From: Calditrichia bacterium
GTDB taxonomy: Bacteria > Calditrichota > Calditrichia > JAJRVZ01
Direction: 5' to 3'
NCBI GenBank assembly: GCA_963712885.1
Contig: CAVQJT010000004.1
Location: 80,108-144,107, forward strand
Length of the DNA stretch: 64,000 nucleotides
A program made the translations under genes and the position numbers. Shown here piece by piece: positions 1-9,508 of this stretch; positions within the stretch are counted from its first letter, which is position 1, and every line of letters begins with the position of its first letter. The notes under the pieces were generated by a model. It saw only the letters and a list, made by a program, of their open reading frames with translations, did not search any database and was not told the DNA's origin.

Positions 1-303
1 TATGTCGGTCGAGTCTTTGATCAAGCTGCCGTTAGCTGAAGTGCCTGAAAATCCATGTTCCGGCCCAAACAGCGCTTTTATTTCAAGACCGGGGATTTGG
101 CTGAAAACGTCGGTAATAAAAATTCCGCTTTGATTACGGGCGGTATGATTGGCAATGATACCAACCCGTTTGTTTGCAAAGATCTGCTGATAATTTTCGA
201 TCTGATCGAGGCCGGTTCTGACCGGAATATCTTGCTCTGCCTCACGGCAGGCAAACAATCCGAACATACAGATTACGATATGGATCAATTTTATAGAATA
301 CAT
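1..303 (-). CDS. DUF1343 family protein (NamZ-like), N-terminal part; continues past the window edge
   Basis: Reverse-strand translation from ATG (complement of 301-303): MYSIKLIHIVICMFGLFACREAEQDIPVRTGLDQIENYQQIFANKRVGIIANHTARNQSG...ALFGPEHGFSG. It has a lipobox-like LFAC and the KRVGxIxNHT ... LFGPEHGF pattern typical of DUF1343. It is absent from the ORF track because it runs off the window. The listed + ORF 55..369 is its antisense shadow. Confidence 0.6.
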   Translation of the reverse strand, partial: MYSIKLIHIVICMFGLFACREAEQDIPVRTGLDQIENYQQIFANKRVGIIANHTARNQSGIFITDVFSQIPGLEIKALFGPEHGFSGTSANGSLIKDSTDI

Positions 304-362
304 CCTGCACCTCCCGATTTTTTTATTTATGCTGCCGTGACTACGTGTTTACACATTAAGAA

Positions 363-575
363 ATATTAATGGTCATGCTGTCCCGAGAAGGGATCTTTAG
401 ATAAGCATTTTCCTTGTTGCCGAATCAAGTCTAAATACCAGGAAATTTCTTATCGCAGATCCTCCGAAGGAGTCCTTCGGACCTTATCGGGACAGAACAA
501 CATGCTTCATCGATTAAATCACTTGGATTACTGTTCTGTAAAAAAGTGTAAACACATGGTCGAGACAATACATTT
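363..575 (+). repeat. Family A long-hairpin intergenic element (GTCATGCTGT...ACAG..ATGAC type), copy 1
   Basis: aatattaatggtcatgctgtcccgagaagggatc...ttgccgaatc...catgcttcatcgattaaatcac..ggattactgttctgtaaaaaagtgtaaacacatggtcgagac. Alignable by eye with copies at 25713-25854 (reverse), 29972-30039 (hairpin only) and the three units at 62209-62935. Confidence 0.7.
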
Positions 576-636
576 AAATTAAAAAAACTATTCCTTAAAA
601 GCATAATTTTTAATCCGGGGCGGAAATCCTTAAATT

Positions 637-1575
637 TTGCGGATGGAAAGCTTAACCCATACCATCCGCCGGTTGGCATTAGCCGCCGGATTTGAAAAAA
701 TCGGTATTACCGACGCCACGATGCCTGAAAAAGTGCAACTGCTGCATGCCTGGTTGGATGCCGGGTATCATGGCGATATGGGCTGGATGGAGAGGCACCG
801 CCATCTGCGCACAGATATCGAAGAATTTTTCCCCGGCGCCCGGTCGGTGATCAGTGTTGCCCACAACTATTACACAAATACCCGCCATCCATCCGATCCA
901 TCCGCCGGTAAAATCTCCCGTTACGCCTGGGGTCGTGATTATCATAAAATCATACCCGGAAAACTAAATGCGATCCTGAAAGAGATACAACGCATCGATC
1001 CGCAAATTGCCGGACGCGTATGCGTCGATACAGCACCCTTTATGGATAAACTCTGGGCCGAAAAGGCCGGTATCGGCTGGCAGGGCAAGCATACAAATCT
1101 GATCACGCGTGAATACGGCAGCTGGGTGTTCTTAGGAGCTTTGATCATCAATAAAGAGCTGGTCTATGACCATCCGGCGGCGGATCGGTGTGGAAGTTGT
1201 ACCGCATGTATACAGGCCTGTCCGACAAAGGCGATTATGGCACCCTATCAACTGGACGCCACCAGGTGTATCGCCTACCTTACGATAGAAATGCGCAACC
1301 GGGATATTCCGGACCGGTACGGACCTCAAATGGATAATTATATATTCGGCTGTGATATCTGCCAGGAGGTCTGTCCGTGGAACAAATTTCAAAAACCGAC
1401 AAAATGCGCCGATTATCTTCCCAAATCCGGCAACCACTGGTTGAATTTAAAGGATATGGCCGATATAACAGAAGAAGATTTTAATGAAAGATTTAAAGGG
1501 ACGCCCCTGAAGCGTACCGGCTGGATGAAATTTGTTGCCAATGTAAAAACTGTTTTAAAAGCACAGAAAATCTGA
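637..1575 (+). CDS. queG: tRNA epoxyqueuosine(34) reductase QueG
   Basis: 312 aa. Two 4Fe-4S Cys clusters (CGSCTACIQACPTKAI and CDICQEVCPWNKF) and overall QueG-like layout. Confidence 0.85.
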   Translation: MRMESLTHTIRRLALAAGFEKIGITDATMPEKVQLLHAWLDAGYHGDMGWMERHRHLRTDIEEFFPGARSVISVAHNYYTNTRHPSDPSAGKISRYAWGRDYHKIIPGKLNAILKEIQRIDPQIAGRVCVDTAPFMDKLWAEKAGIGWQGKHTNLITREYGSWVFLGALIINKELVYDHPAADRCGSCTACIQACPTKAIMAPYQLDATRCIAYLTIEMRNRDIPDRYGPQMDNYIFGCDICQEVCPWNKFQKPTKCADYLPKSGNHWLNLKDMADITEEDFNERFKGTPLKRTGWMKFVANVKTVLKAQKI

Positions 1576-1579
1576 CCGG

Positions 1580-2386
1580 ATGAAAAGATTTTTCCTGGTG
1601 ATGATATTGCTTTCATGGTCCTTTGAGCTGAAAGCCCAGTATACCATCGGTTCAATCCCCGTTCCGGATTCCGGATATGTCCGGGTAACCCTGAATGAAA
1701 ATGCTTTTGGTGACTGGCTGCGCGATCTGCCGCTGAAGCCGCAAGGATCTCCGGTATATGATTACCGCGGGCGGACTTATAAATCAAAGGATGATACCAC
1801 CATCGCAGCGGTCGTGGATATGGATATCAGCGGCCGGCGTCTGGAACAATGTATGGACATTTTGATCCGGCTATACGCCCAGTATCTTTGGGAAAATAAC
1901 CGGGCAGCCGATCTGGAATTACCGTTACCCGGCGGATACCGGCTCAGGTGGGAGGACTGGATGAACGGGATCAGGCCGGTATTCCAGGGGATCAAAGTGA
2001 CCCATAAAAAGACCGCCGATGCCGATCATTCATACCACCAGTACCAATCCTATCTGCGCACCGTCTATGCAGAATCACATACCCAGCAGTTTTATTACCA
2101 GTATGAGCGAATCATGCCCGGGGACTTGCAGATCGGGGATTTTTTCGTGTTGAAAGGTTCAAAAAGTCATGCGGTTATGGTGGTGGATATGGCCATCGGC
2201 CCGGCAGGTGAAACCTATGCCTTGATCGGGCACGGTGACACCCCGGCCTGCGAATTTTATCTGCTCAATTATAATAAATCACAAAAATGGATCCCGCTTG
2301 ATCCCGGCGAATCCCCGCTGCCTTTGCCGATCCGGAGAAAGATGACCTGGGATGGTCTTCGCCGGTTTTCATCGCCAAAGAAATAG
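1580..2386 (+). CDS. Secreted protein, DUF4846-like
   Basis: 268 aa with signal peptide MKRFFLVMILLSWSFELKAQ. Segments WLRDLPLKP and LEQCMDILIRLYAQYLW resemble DUF4846 proteins from memory. No catalytic motif recognised. Confidence 0.45.
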   Translation: MKRFFLVMILLSWSFELKAQYTIGSIPVPDSGYVRVTLNENAFGDWLRDLPLKPQGSPVYDYRGRTYKSKDDTTIAAVVDMDISGRRLEQCMDILIRLYAQYLWENNRAADLELPLPGGYRLRWEDWMNGIRPVFQGIKVTHKKTADADHSYHQYQSYLRTVYAESHTQQFYYQYERIMPGDLQIGDFFVLKGSKSHAVMVVDMAIGPAGETYALIGHGDTPACEFYLLNYNKSQKWIPLDPGESPLPLPIRRKMTWDGLRRFSSPKK

Positions 2387-2389
2387 ATT

Positions 2390-3706
2390 TTACAGATCTG
2401 ATCCGATGATCATCTCCAGAATTAAAGGCGTCGGGGCGGGTTTCTTATCGGTGACGTGAAAGGCCTTTTCGGCACGCCGGGCGGCGGTTGACAGAAGTTC
2501 GGATTTATCACTGTATAGAATCGCCAGCGGCTGGGTTTTTTCGATATAATCCCCGGTTTTTACCTGGAGCAGAATACCGGCTTTGGGATCGATCGCATCG
2601 CTGGTTTTCATTCTGCCGGCGCCAAGGCCCACACCGGTGAGCCCGATTTCCAGCGCATCAATCGATTGAATCCAACCGGACTGTTTTGCGGCTACTTCCT
2701 TTATGCCTTTTGGATGGGGATACGTATCGGGATCCATCAGAAATGCAGTGTCCCCTCCCTGGGCTTCTGCAATTTGAACGAATTTATCCCAGGCCTTGCC
2801 CTCTTTGATAATCCTTATCGCCTGTGATTCACCCGCTTCTATGTTCGTTACCATCTCCGCCTGATATAACATCATGCCGGCCAGCCGGCAGGTGATCTGC
2901 ATCAGATCTTCCGGCCCGTTACCCTGCAGGCATTGGATACACTCGCGTATTTCGATCCAGTTGCCAACCGCATATCCAAGCGGCTGGTTCATATCGGTCA
3001 GCAGTGCGGAGGTGGATTTACCGTGATCTTCGCCAATCTGAATCAAGCTTCGTGCGAGTTGCCGAGCCGTGTCCTGATCCCGCATAAATGCCCCGCGACC
3101 GACTTTGATATCGAGCACCAGGGCATCGATGCCGGCGGCGATTTTTTTACTCATAATACTTGCCGCAATCAAGGGTATCGAAGGTACGGTGGCGGTAACA
3201 TCACGCAAAGCATATACTTTTTTATCCACCGGCGCGATATCAGCGGTCTGACCCATAAGGCATGCACCTGTTTTAAGCAGGATTTCTTTAAATTTGGATA
3301 CCGGAAGGTCAATCTGAAAACCGGGAATGGACTCCAGTTTATCCAGCGTGCCGCCGGTGTGGCCCAGACCGCGGCCGGATATCATGGGCACATACACGCC
3401 GGCAGCGGCGACGATTGGGGCAAGGATCAACGATATTTTGTCTCCGACCCCGCCCGTGCTGTGTTTATCCACTTTTTTACCGGGTAATTCCCTGAGATCG
3501 ATAATTTTACCGGAATTGATAAACGCGTCGGTAAGGACCCGGGTTTCCTGCTGATTCATACCCTGAAAGAAGATCGCCATTAAGAACGCGGCCATCTGGT
3601 AATCGGGAATCTGACCGGCATTAAATTCCCGGATAAAAAAATTGATTTCGGGATCGCGAAGGATATTGCCGTCGCGTTTATGAGCGATAATTTCGTAGGC
3701 AGTCAT
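2390..3706 (-). CDS. pdp: Pyrimidine-nucleoside (thymidine) phosphorylase
   Basis: 438 aa. HSTGGVGDK motif, glycosyltransferase family 3 core and C-terminal PYNP-type domain length. Confidence 0.9.
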   Translation of the reverse strand: MTAYEIIAHKRDGNILRDPEINFFIREFNAGQIPDYQMAAFLMAIFFQGMNQQETRVLTDAFINSGKIIDLRELPGKKVDKHSTGGVGDKISLILAPIVAAAGVYVPMISGRGLGHTGGTLDKLESIPGFQIDLPVSKFKEILLKTGACLMGQTADIAPVDKKVYALRDVTATVPSIPLIAASIMSKKIAAGIDALVLDIKVGRGAFMRDQDTARQLARSLIQIGEDHGKSTSALLTDMNQPLGYAVGNWIEIRECIQCLQGNGPEDLMQITCRLAGMMLYQAEMVTNIEAGESQAIRIIKEGKAWDKFVQIAEAQGGDTAFLMDPDTYPHPKGIKEVAAKQSGWIQSIDALEIGLTGVGLGAGRMKTSDAIDPKAGILLQVKTGDYIEKTQPLAILYSDKSELLSTAARRAEKAFHVTDKKPAPTPLILEMIIGSDL

Positions 3707-3725
3707 GGATCAGCTTATAATCGAT

Positions 3726-4376
3726 CTAATCAGATGCATTCAGGTACGTTTTTCTCACCTCGGTCAGCTTTTTGAGATCGGCTTGAGAAAGTGGTTTGAG
3801 TTTACCCGACTGGCGGGCAATAAACAGTGTTTTTGCTGCATGCTCAAGTTTTTCCATTCGGCAGTAGGCATCCTTGAGTGATTTACCGACGGTGAGTGCA
3901 CCGTTATGATCCTGGACAATAATATCGTTATCTTTGATCAACTGCCGGATGGTAAGCGCATTTTCTTTGGTACCCGGTGCGGCATACGGGGCTACCGGAA
4001 TTTCACCGAAGAGGATAAAAATATCCGGCAATACCGGTTGAGAAAAATCTTCACCCACCAGGGTGAATGCGGTTGCATAAGGCGGATGGGCATGGATAAC
4101 CGCAAAAACATCCGGACGCTGCCGGTAGACTTCCAGATGCAGGGGGAGCTCAGAGGACGGCTTCAGATTGGTATCATGCACGTTCCCGTTCAGATCGACT
4201 TGCGCCATATGACTATCGGAAAGGGTCGCCAGCGAGCGATTACTGGGGGTAATAATAATTTTATCCGCTTTTAACCGGATCGAAATATTACCATCCTTTG
4301 CCACCGCCAGCCCCTGGCTATAGAGCTGCTTTCCGATTGAAACAATCTGTCGTCTTGCCTCCCAATTTGTGATCAA
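3726..4376 (-). CDS. Class II aldolase/adducin-domain protein (fuculose-phosphate aldolase / MtnB-like)
   Basis: 216 aa. Class II aldolase pattern including His cluster VIHAHPPYATAF. Substrate not assignable from sequence. Confidence 0.7.
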   Translation of the reverse strand: MITNWEARRQIVSIGKQLYSQGLAVAKDGNISIRLKADKIIITPSNRSLATLSDSHMAQVDLNGNVHDTNLKPSSELPLHLEVYRQRPDVFAVIHAHPPYATAFTLVGEDFSQPVLPDIFILFGEIPVAPYAAPGTKENALTIRQLIKDNDIIVQDHNGALTVGKSLKDAYCRMEKLEHAAKTLFIARQSGKLKPLSQADLKKLTEVRKTYLNASD

Positions 4377-4393
4377 ATGAACGGATCTCCGGA

Positions 4394-5077
4394 TTATAAT
4401 GAAATATTGTTCTTGATGGCCTGTTCGATGATTTTGACCCCGGAACTGGTGCCGATACGCACCGCCCCAGCCTGTATCATTTTTAACGCATCCTCCGCCG
4501 ATCTGATTCCGCCGGCGGCCTTGATCCGGATGCCTTTGGGATTTACCAGCCGGTGCATTAATTTGACATCTTCGACGGTCGCTCCGCCGGACGCAAAACC
4601 GGTGGAAGTTTTTATAAAATCGGCGCCGGATTCGGCTACAAGTCTGCAGGCACGCTCCTTCTCACCCTCACTGAGAATGGCGGTTTCGATAATGACTTTG
4701 CTTTTTACCCGCGATTCTCTGCAAATATTGACAATAGAAACGATATCCTCCAGAACCGATGCGTCATCGCCGCTCTTGAGCAGTCCCACATTGATCACCA
4801 TATCCACTTCGGTCGCGCCCCGGTCGATAACCTGACGGGTCTCGAATGCTTTAACATCGGACAGATCGGCACCCAAAGGGAAACCAACGACGGTACACAA
4901 TCCGATCTCCGGCTCATCCCGCAAGGTATGGCTGACGAGCGGAATCCAGGTGGGGTTTATGCATACCGCTGCGAAGCGGTATGCCCTGGCTTCATCACAT
5001 AACTGGAGGATCTGTGTCCGGTTTGCTTCCGGTTTCAGCAGGGTATGATCAATATATCCGGCAAATTCATGGGTCAC
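4394..5077 (-). CDS. deoC: Deoxyribose-phosphate aldolase
   Basis: 227 aa. IDHTLLKPEA N-terminal motif and Schiff-base Lys region DFIKTSTGF. Confidence 0.9.
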   Translation of the reverse strand: MTHEFAGYIDHTLLKPEANRTQILQLCDEARAYRFAAVCINPTWIPLVSHTLRDEPEIGLCTVVGFPLGADLSDVKAFETRQVIDRGATEVDMVINVGLLKSGDDASVLEDIVSIVNICRESRVKSKVIIETAILSEGEKERACRLVAESGADFIKTSTGFASGGATVEDVKLMHRLVNPKGIRIKAAGGIRSAEDALKMIQAGAVRIGTSSGVKIIEQAIKNNISL

Positions 5078-5150
5078 GATGGAACTCCTCTATACGAATC
5101 GAGATCACCGGGTCCCGGGCCAGGGGCGAAAGGACAGGAGAATGCAATTT

Positions 5151-6506
5151 TTATTTTGAGAAATCCTGTATCTGGCTCAGGTATTCCTGTGCCAGCTGAC
5201 CGGCCTGATCCTGTGTCGGTGCCTCGGCCATGACACGGATGATCGGTTCGGTGTTTGACTTGCGCAAATGGACCCAGGTATGCTCGTCGTCAATTTTCAA
5301 TCCGTCAAGAAAGTTTATTTTTTTGTCTTTATGTTTTTCCGCCATCTGTTCCAGAATCTGATCCGGATCCAGCCCCTCGATCGCGATCTTTTGTTTTACG
5401 ATCTTATACTGGGGCAGCGAAAGGAACAGATCGTTCATCGAACCGCCAGATTCAAGCAAATGCTGCAGGGTCAGGGCAATCGCCACCGGTGCATCCCGTC
5501 CCAGGTGCAGATCGGGCAGGATCACGCCGCCGTTGCCTTCGCCCCCGATAACCGCATCGCAAGCGGCCATCTCTTCAGCGACATTTATTTCCCCGACTTT
5601 GGTCCGGGTGAAGGGGCAGTTATAGTAGCGTGCGATATCTTCTGAGGCCCTGGAGGTTGACATATTGACCACAACCGGACCCGACTGCCGGGAAAGAATA
5701 AATTTAACCGCAGCCGCGAGCGTATATTCTTCTCCTATGGCTTTACCGGTGTTATCGATAATCGCACACCGGTCCACATCGGGATCGACCGCAAAACCAA
5801 GGTCGGCGCCGGATTCCAGGACAGCCACCGAAAGATCTTTCAGGTTCTCGGGGAGGGGTTCCGGTGTATGTGCAAAGATGCCGCTCGGTTCACCATGTAT
5901 TACGGTTGTCGTGCACCCCATCTCCCGGAGGAGATCGGGGACGATCAAACCACCGGCACCGTTCACACAATCAACAACAACTTTGAAATGGCGTTTCCGG
6001 AGATTTTCGATGTCAATATATTTAAGCTTTAAAATGGCCGAAATGTGAGCGCGATTGGCTTCCGGATCATCGGTCTGGGTGCCGAGCCCGGTCCACTTTG
6101 CCAGTTCCGGCATACCCTCTTCTGCAAGGGTATACACTTCTGCCGCTTTTACCGGGCTTAAAAAGCGGGTATTATGATCCATAAATTTCAGGCCGTTCCA
6201 CTCGGATGGGTTATGACTTGCCGTTATCGCAATTCCGCCATCTGCCTGATGTCTCAGGATCTCCATCTGGACAGTAGGTGTCGGGACAATCCCCACATCA
6301 ACCACCGAACAACCGGTTGCCTGAAGACACCCTGATACGATATTACGGATCAAATTGCCACTCGTACGGGAATCGCGCCCAACGATGATTTTGCCACGGC
6401 TTTTGGTTTGGCCGAATGCCAGGGTATATTTTTGAATGACCGCCGGCGTCAGACTTTCGCCGATTACGCCGCGCACGCCCGAGATTGAAACCATCAACGA
6501 AGCCAA
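5151..6506 (-). CDS. Alpha-D-phosphohexomutase family protein (PGM/PMM-type; possible phosphopentomutase by context)
   Basis: 451 aa. Catalytic Ser loop TASHNPSEWNG and metal loop FAVDPDVDR. It is adjacent to deoC and pdp. Confidence 0.75.
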   Translation of the reverse strand: MASLMVSISGVRGVIGESLTPAVIQKYTLAFGQTKSRGKIIVGRDSRTSGNLIRNIVSGCLQATGCSVVDVGIVPTPTVQMEILRHQADGGIAITASHNPSEWNGLKFMDHNTRFLSPVKAAEVYTLAEEGMPELAKWTGLGTQTDDPEANRAHISAILKLKYIDIENLRKRHFKVVVDCVNGAGGLIVPDLLREMGCTTTVIHGEPSGIFAHTPEPLPENLKDLSVAVLESGADLGFAVDPDVDRCAIIDNTGKAIGEEYTLAAAVKFILSRQSGPVVVNMSTSRASEDIARYYNCPFTRTKVGEINVAEEMAACDAVIGGEGNGGVILPDLHLGRDAPVAIALTLQHLLESGGSMNDLFLSLPQYKIVKQKIAIEGLDPDQILEQMAEKHKDKKINFLDGLKIDDEHTWVHLRKSNTEPIIRVMAEAPTQDQAGQLAQEYLSQIQDFSK

Positions 6507-6724
6507 AACACCCCTTTCTAACCGGTAGATCTGTTTGTCCCATTGATTCTCAATATACTCTCAGAGGCAGATCGAAACAAGAAAATAATCCCGGAGCGGC
6601 GGGGAATTATTATTAAAGTAAATGTAATCTGTCTTACACTAAATTTTTCCATTATATTAAAGTGAAAATATTTATGCTAAATTTTTCGTTGCAAAAAAAG
6701 ACAACCATAAATCCGGAATGAATC

Positions 6725-7225
6725 ATGATGAAAATGCGCCTTGTTCTGGCGGGCTATCTCATCCTCAGCGGTGGTATGCTCAATGCCGGAATATCCGATT
6801 TTAAGCTGCCGGACCTGGAGAATCACCGGCAATCGTATTCGCAATTAAAAGGTGAAAAACTAACCGTATTGGATTTCTGGGCAACCTGGTGTAAACCCTG
6901 CCTGCGCTCGATCCCGATTTTGACGGAATTGTATGATCGGTTCAGCGATCAGGGGGTTGAATTTATCGGCATCAATATCGACAGCCCCAGAAATTTACCC
7001 AAGGTCAGACCCGTGAGTAAGTCACTGGGTATTAACTATCCGGTATTACTGGATTCCAACAGTGAATTGATGGGTAAATTACATATCACGGTGGTCCCAA
7101 CCCTGCTGATTCTGAATACGGAGGATGAAATCATTTATCGCCATCAGGGATACCGGCCTGGAGATGAACAGATATTGTCCGAAAAAATCAATGAATTACT
7201 CAATATCAAAGAGTCGGATGAATAG
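6725..7225 (+). CDS. TlpA/ResA-like thiol:disulfide oxidoreductase (redoxin)
   Basis: 166 aa. Signal peptide and WATWCKPC CxxC motif. Confidence 0.8.
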   Translation: MMKMRLVLAGYLILSGGMLNAGISDFKLPDLENHRQSYSQLKGEKLTVLDFWATWCKPCLRSIPILTELYDRFSDQGVEFIGINIDSPRNLPKVRPVSKSLGINYPVLLDSNSELMGKLHITVVPTLLILNTEDEIIYRHQGYRPGDEQILSEKINELLNIKESDE

Positions 7226-8699
7226 GTTCAATCAATATTTGTTTTTGGTGATGATGATCCTGGTAACGCGGCTACCGGCCCAGCTGTCGCTGTCGAATAT
7301 CCTTGAATATCAACTGGGTAATCTGCCGGCAACGGAACCGTCAAACTTATCGACCCTTTATGATCAGCTCAATCTGTCTTATCGTTATGATCAGATTCGT
7401 TTTAGCACCCGGATCGAGAGTTTTCAAACCCGTGACAGGTCCAGATCTTATTCGGTCTTTTCGCAAAAAAGCGTTGAATTTGAGGATCAGGAGATCGGGG
7501 TCACAATCGGGAATTTCTATCATATTATCGGGCGTGGTTTGCTCCTGAGATCCTACGAAATTCCCGGTACCGTCATCGAAGATATGGCGTTTCGAACGCG
7601 CTATGGGTTTTACCGGGATCTGGAAGGTATCATGGGTTCTTATACGACTGACATCTTTGAAATAAATCTGCTGTACGGACGCCCCCTGAATAATACGCTT
7701 CCGCCCACGCAGAATGATAATGACTTATGGCGCCCGCATTCCTTGCAGGGTGTGGAAGCCGTTTTTTACCTGTCTGACTGGCAGCTGGGCGGGGCCTACC
7801 TGCGGGATGAAACACCGGACAGGATGCATGAATTCGGCTCCGTGTCGGTCGGGACAATCCTGCCCCTTGATCTGCAGGTATATGGTGAATTTTCCCAGCA
7901 ATTCGGCGGAGACGATCAGATTGGTGACCTGTCCGATGCGACCGCCCATGCCTTGTATGCCAGCATGAATGCCCAATTCGATGCACTTGGGATCAGTCTT
8001 GAGTATAAAGATTACAACGAGTATCAGCTCGGGTACAACGATCCGCCGCCACTGGTGAAAGAACACCAGTATTTACTCCTGAATCGTAATACGCACAGCG
8101 TCGTTGCCGTCAATGAAACCGGATGGCAGAGTGAATTATTTTACACATTCGGTGGCCATGTGTTAAACATAAATTTTGCCAAAGCGGCCAATGAGTTATT
8201 TGGCAAGCGCTATGATTTTTATGAACAATTTGTCGAGCTGAGTTATAAGCTGAATCGGTACACAACGATTAAGGGATTCTTTGACCGGAACGCCGAGGAT
8301 TTACTCGGAATAGATGACCGGTACACCGCCGGGTTGTATTTTGAAAGTGAATTTCTCGAACGGTGGGGTACCATAATCGATTTCGAGTACCAGACTTTTT
8401 TATTGACGTACAGCGATCGGGAAACCTACAAAAATATCGCCCTGCTTCTTTCGGTCAGTTATGCACCCGATCTTACCATCGGTATGACGGCCGAGCAGAG
8501 CAGCGATCCCGCAGATCTCCCCGAAGGGAAAAAGGAGGGGTATTGGCTGGGATTGAACATCGGTTATCAATACAGCCAGGCTCATCTGATCTCCTTCTTT
8601 TACGGCAAAAGACGCGGGGGCAATTCGTGTACTTCGGGAATCTGTTACGAAATTTTGTCGTTTGAAGGTCTTGAGTTCCGTTTAACGAGCACATTATAA
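7218..8699 (+). CDS. Putative outer-membrane beta-barrel protein, function unknown
   Basis: In-frame ATG at 7218 overlaps the upstream stop (ATGAATAG). Signal-like MNRFNQYLFLVMMILVTRLPAQ. Alternating aromatic/polar strands throughout. The track ORF start at 7125 lies inside the upstream gene. Confidence 0.5.
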   Translation: MNRFNQYLFLVMMILVTRLPAQLSLSNILEYQLGNLPATEPSNLSTLYDQLNLSYRYDQIRFSTRIESFQTRDRSRSYSVFSQKSVEFEDQEIGVTIGNFYHIIGRGLLLRSYEIPGTVIEDMAFRTRYGFYRDLEGIMGSYTTDIFEINLLYGRPLNNTLPPTQNDNDLWRPHSLQGVEAVFYLSDWQLGGAYLRDETPDRMHEFGSVSVGTILPLDLQVYGEFSQQFGGDDQIGDLSDATAHALYASMNAQFDALGISLEYKDYNEYQLGYNDPPPLVKEHQYLLLNRNTHSVVAVNETGWQSELFYTFGGHVLNINFAKAANELFGKRYDFYEQFVELSYKLNRYTTIKGFFDRNAEDLLGIDDRYTAGLYFESEFLERWGTIIDFEYQTFLLTYSDRETYKNIALLLSVSYAPDLTIGMTAEQSSDPADLPEGKKEGYWLGLNIGYQYSQAHLISFFYGKRRGGNSCTSGICYEILSFEGLEFRLTSTL

Positions 8700-8710
8700 G
8701 GGGAAACACC

Positions 8711-9502
8711 ATGTTATACAGAGGATTTGTCGGTTTGGTTTTACTGTTCTTTACCGGTATCGGGATGGCCCAATCGGTGGGAACATCGGCGCCTGATTTT
8801 ACACACAACACGCTGAGTCACGGTGAAATTTCGCTTTCCGATTATCAGGGAAAGGTCGTGTATCTTTTCTTTTTCGGCTGGAACTGACCGACCTGCAGGT
8901 TATCCGGTCCGGGTACAGAAACAGAGATCAATCAGGTATATCAAGATGCCAATTTTCAGGCGATTGGGTTAGACTGGTATCCCAACAGCACTCCGCTAAA
9001 TGTTGCCCGCTATCAGGCATTTACCGGGGTAACCTATCCCTTGTGTATCGATGCGGCAGCAAGCCGCAGTCTGTATAGTGCATATGAAGCAAACGATGTT
9101 TCCATGGTGATCGATCAAAGCGGGATCGTTCGCTATCGCGGCGCAGGTGTAAATACCGATGACATCCAGAGCTGGATCAATCAACTGCTGGCCACATCAA
9201 TCGGAGATAATAAAGATCTGCCATATTCGTTTAACTTGTCACAGAATTACCCCAATCCTTTCAATCCGGGAACCCGGATCGGGTTCGAAATTCCACAAAG
9301 TGGTCATGTTTCCTTGCAAGTTTTCGATATGCAGGGTAGATTAGTGAATACGCTCCTGAATTCGGAAATGCGCGTGGGACAACACAGTGTGAGTTGGAAT
9401 GGATTGGATATTTCCGGGATGCCCGTTGTCTCCGGGGTATATATTTACCGGTTAAGGACAAATACACAGCAACAGACCAAGAAAATGACTTTAATTCGAT
9501 AG
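8711..9502 (+). CDS. Secreted thioredoxin-fold (redoxin-like) protein with T9SS C-terminal sorting domain; in-frame TGA at 8885-8887 inside the redox motif (candidate selenocysteine, UxxC)
   Basis: A single frame runs from ATG 8711 to 9502. N-terminus: MLYRGFVGLVLLFFTGIGMAQSVGTSAPDFTHNTLSHGEISLSDYQGKVVYLFFFGWN-TGA-PTCR..., the canonical APDF...GKVV.L.FW..WCxxC redoxin layout with TGA in place of the first Cys. The C-terminus ...NYPNPFNPGTRIGFEIPQSGHVSLQVFDMQGRLV...GVYIYRLRTNTQQQTKKMTLIR is a typical T9SS/Por sorting domain. The track only lists the part after the TGA (9041..9502). Confidence 0.55.
8888..8912 (+). promoter_or_regulatory. Possible SECIS-like hairpin immediately 3' of the in-frame TGA
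   Basis: CCGACC-TGCAGGTTATCC-GGTCCGG can pair as CCGACC/GGT(C)CGG with one bulge and an inner GG/CC pair around a UUAU loop. Hand-folded only. Confidence 0.2.
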
Positions 9503-9508
9503 GGCTTT

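Noticed and set aside
55-369. 104-aa + strand ORF at the window start.
   Set aside because: The opposite strand encodes a clear DUF1343 N-terminus, so the + ORF is an antisense shadow.
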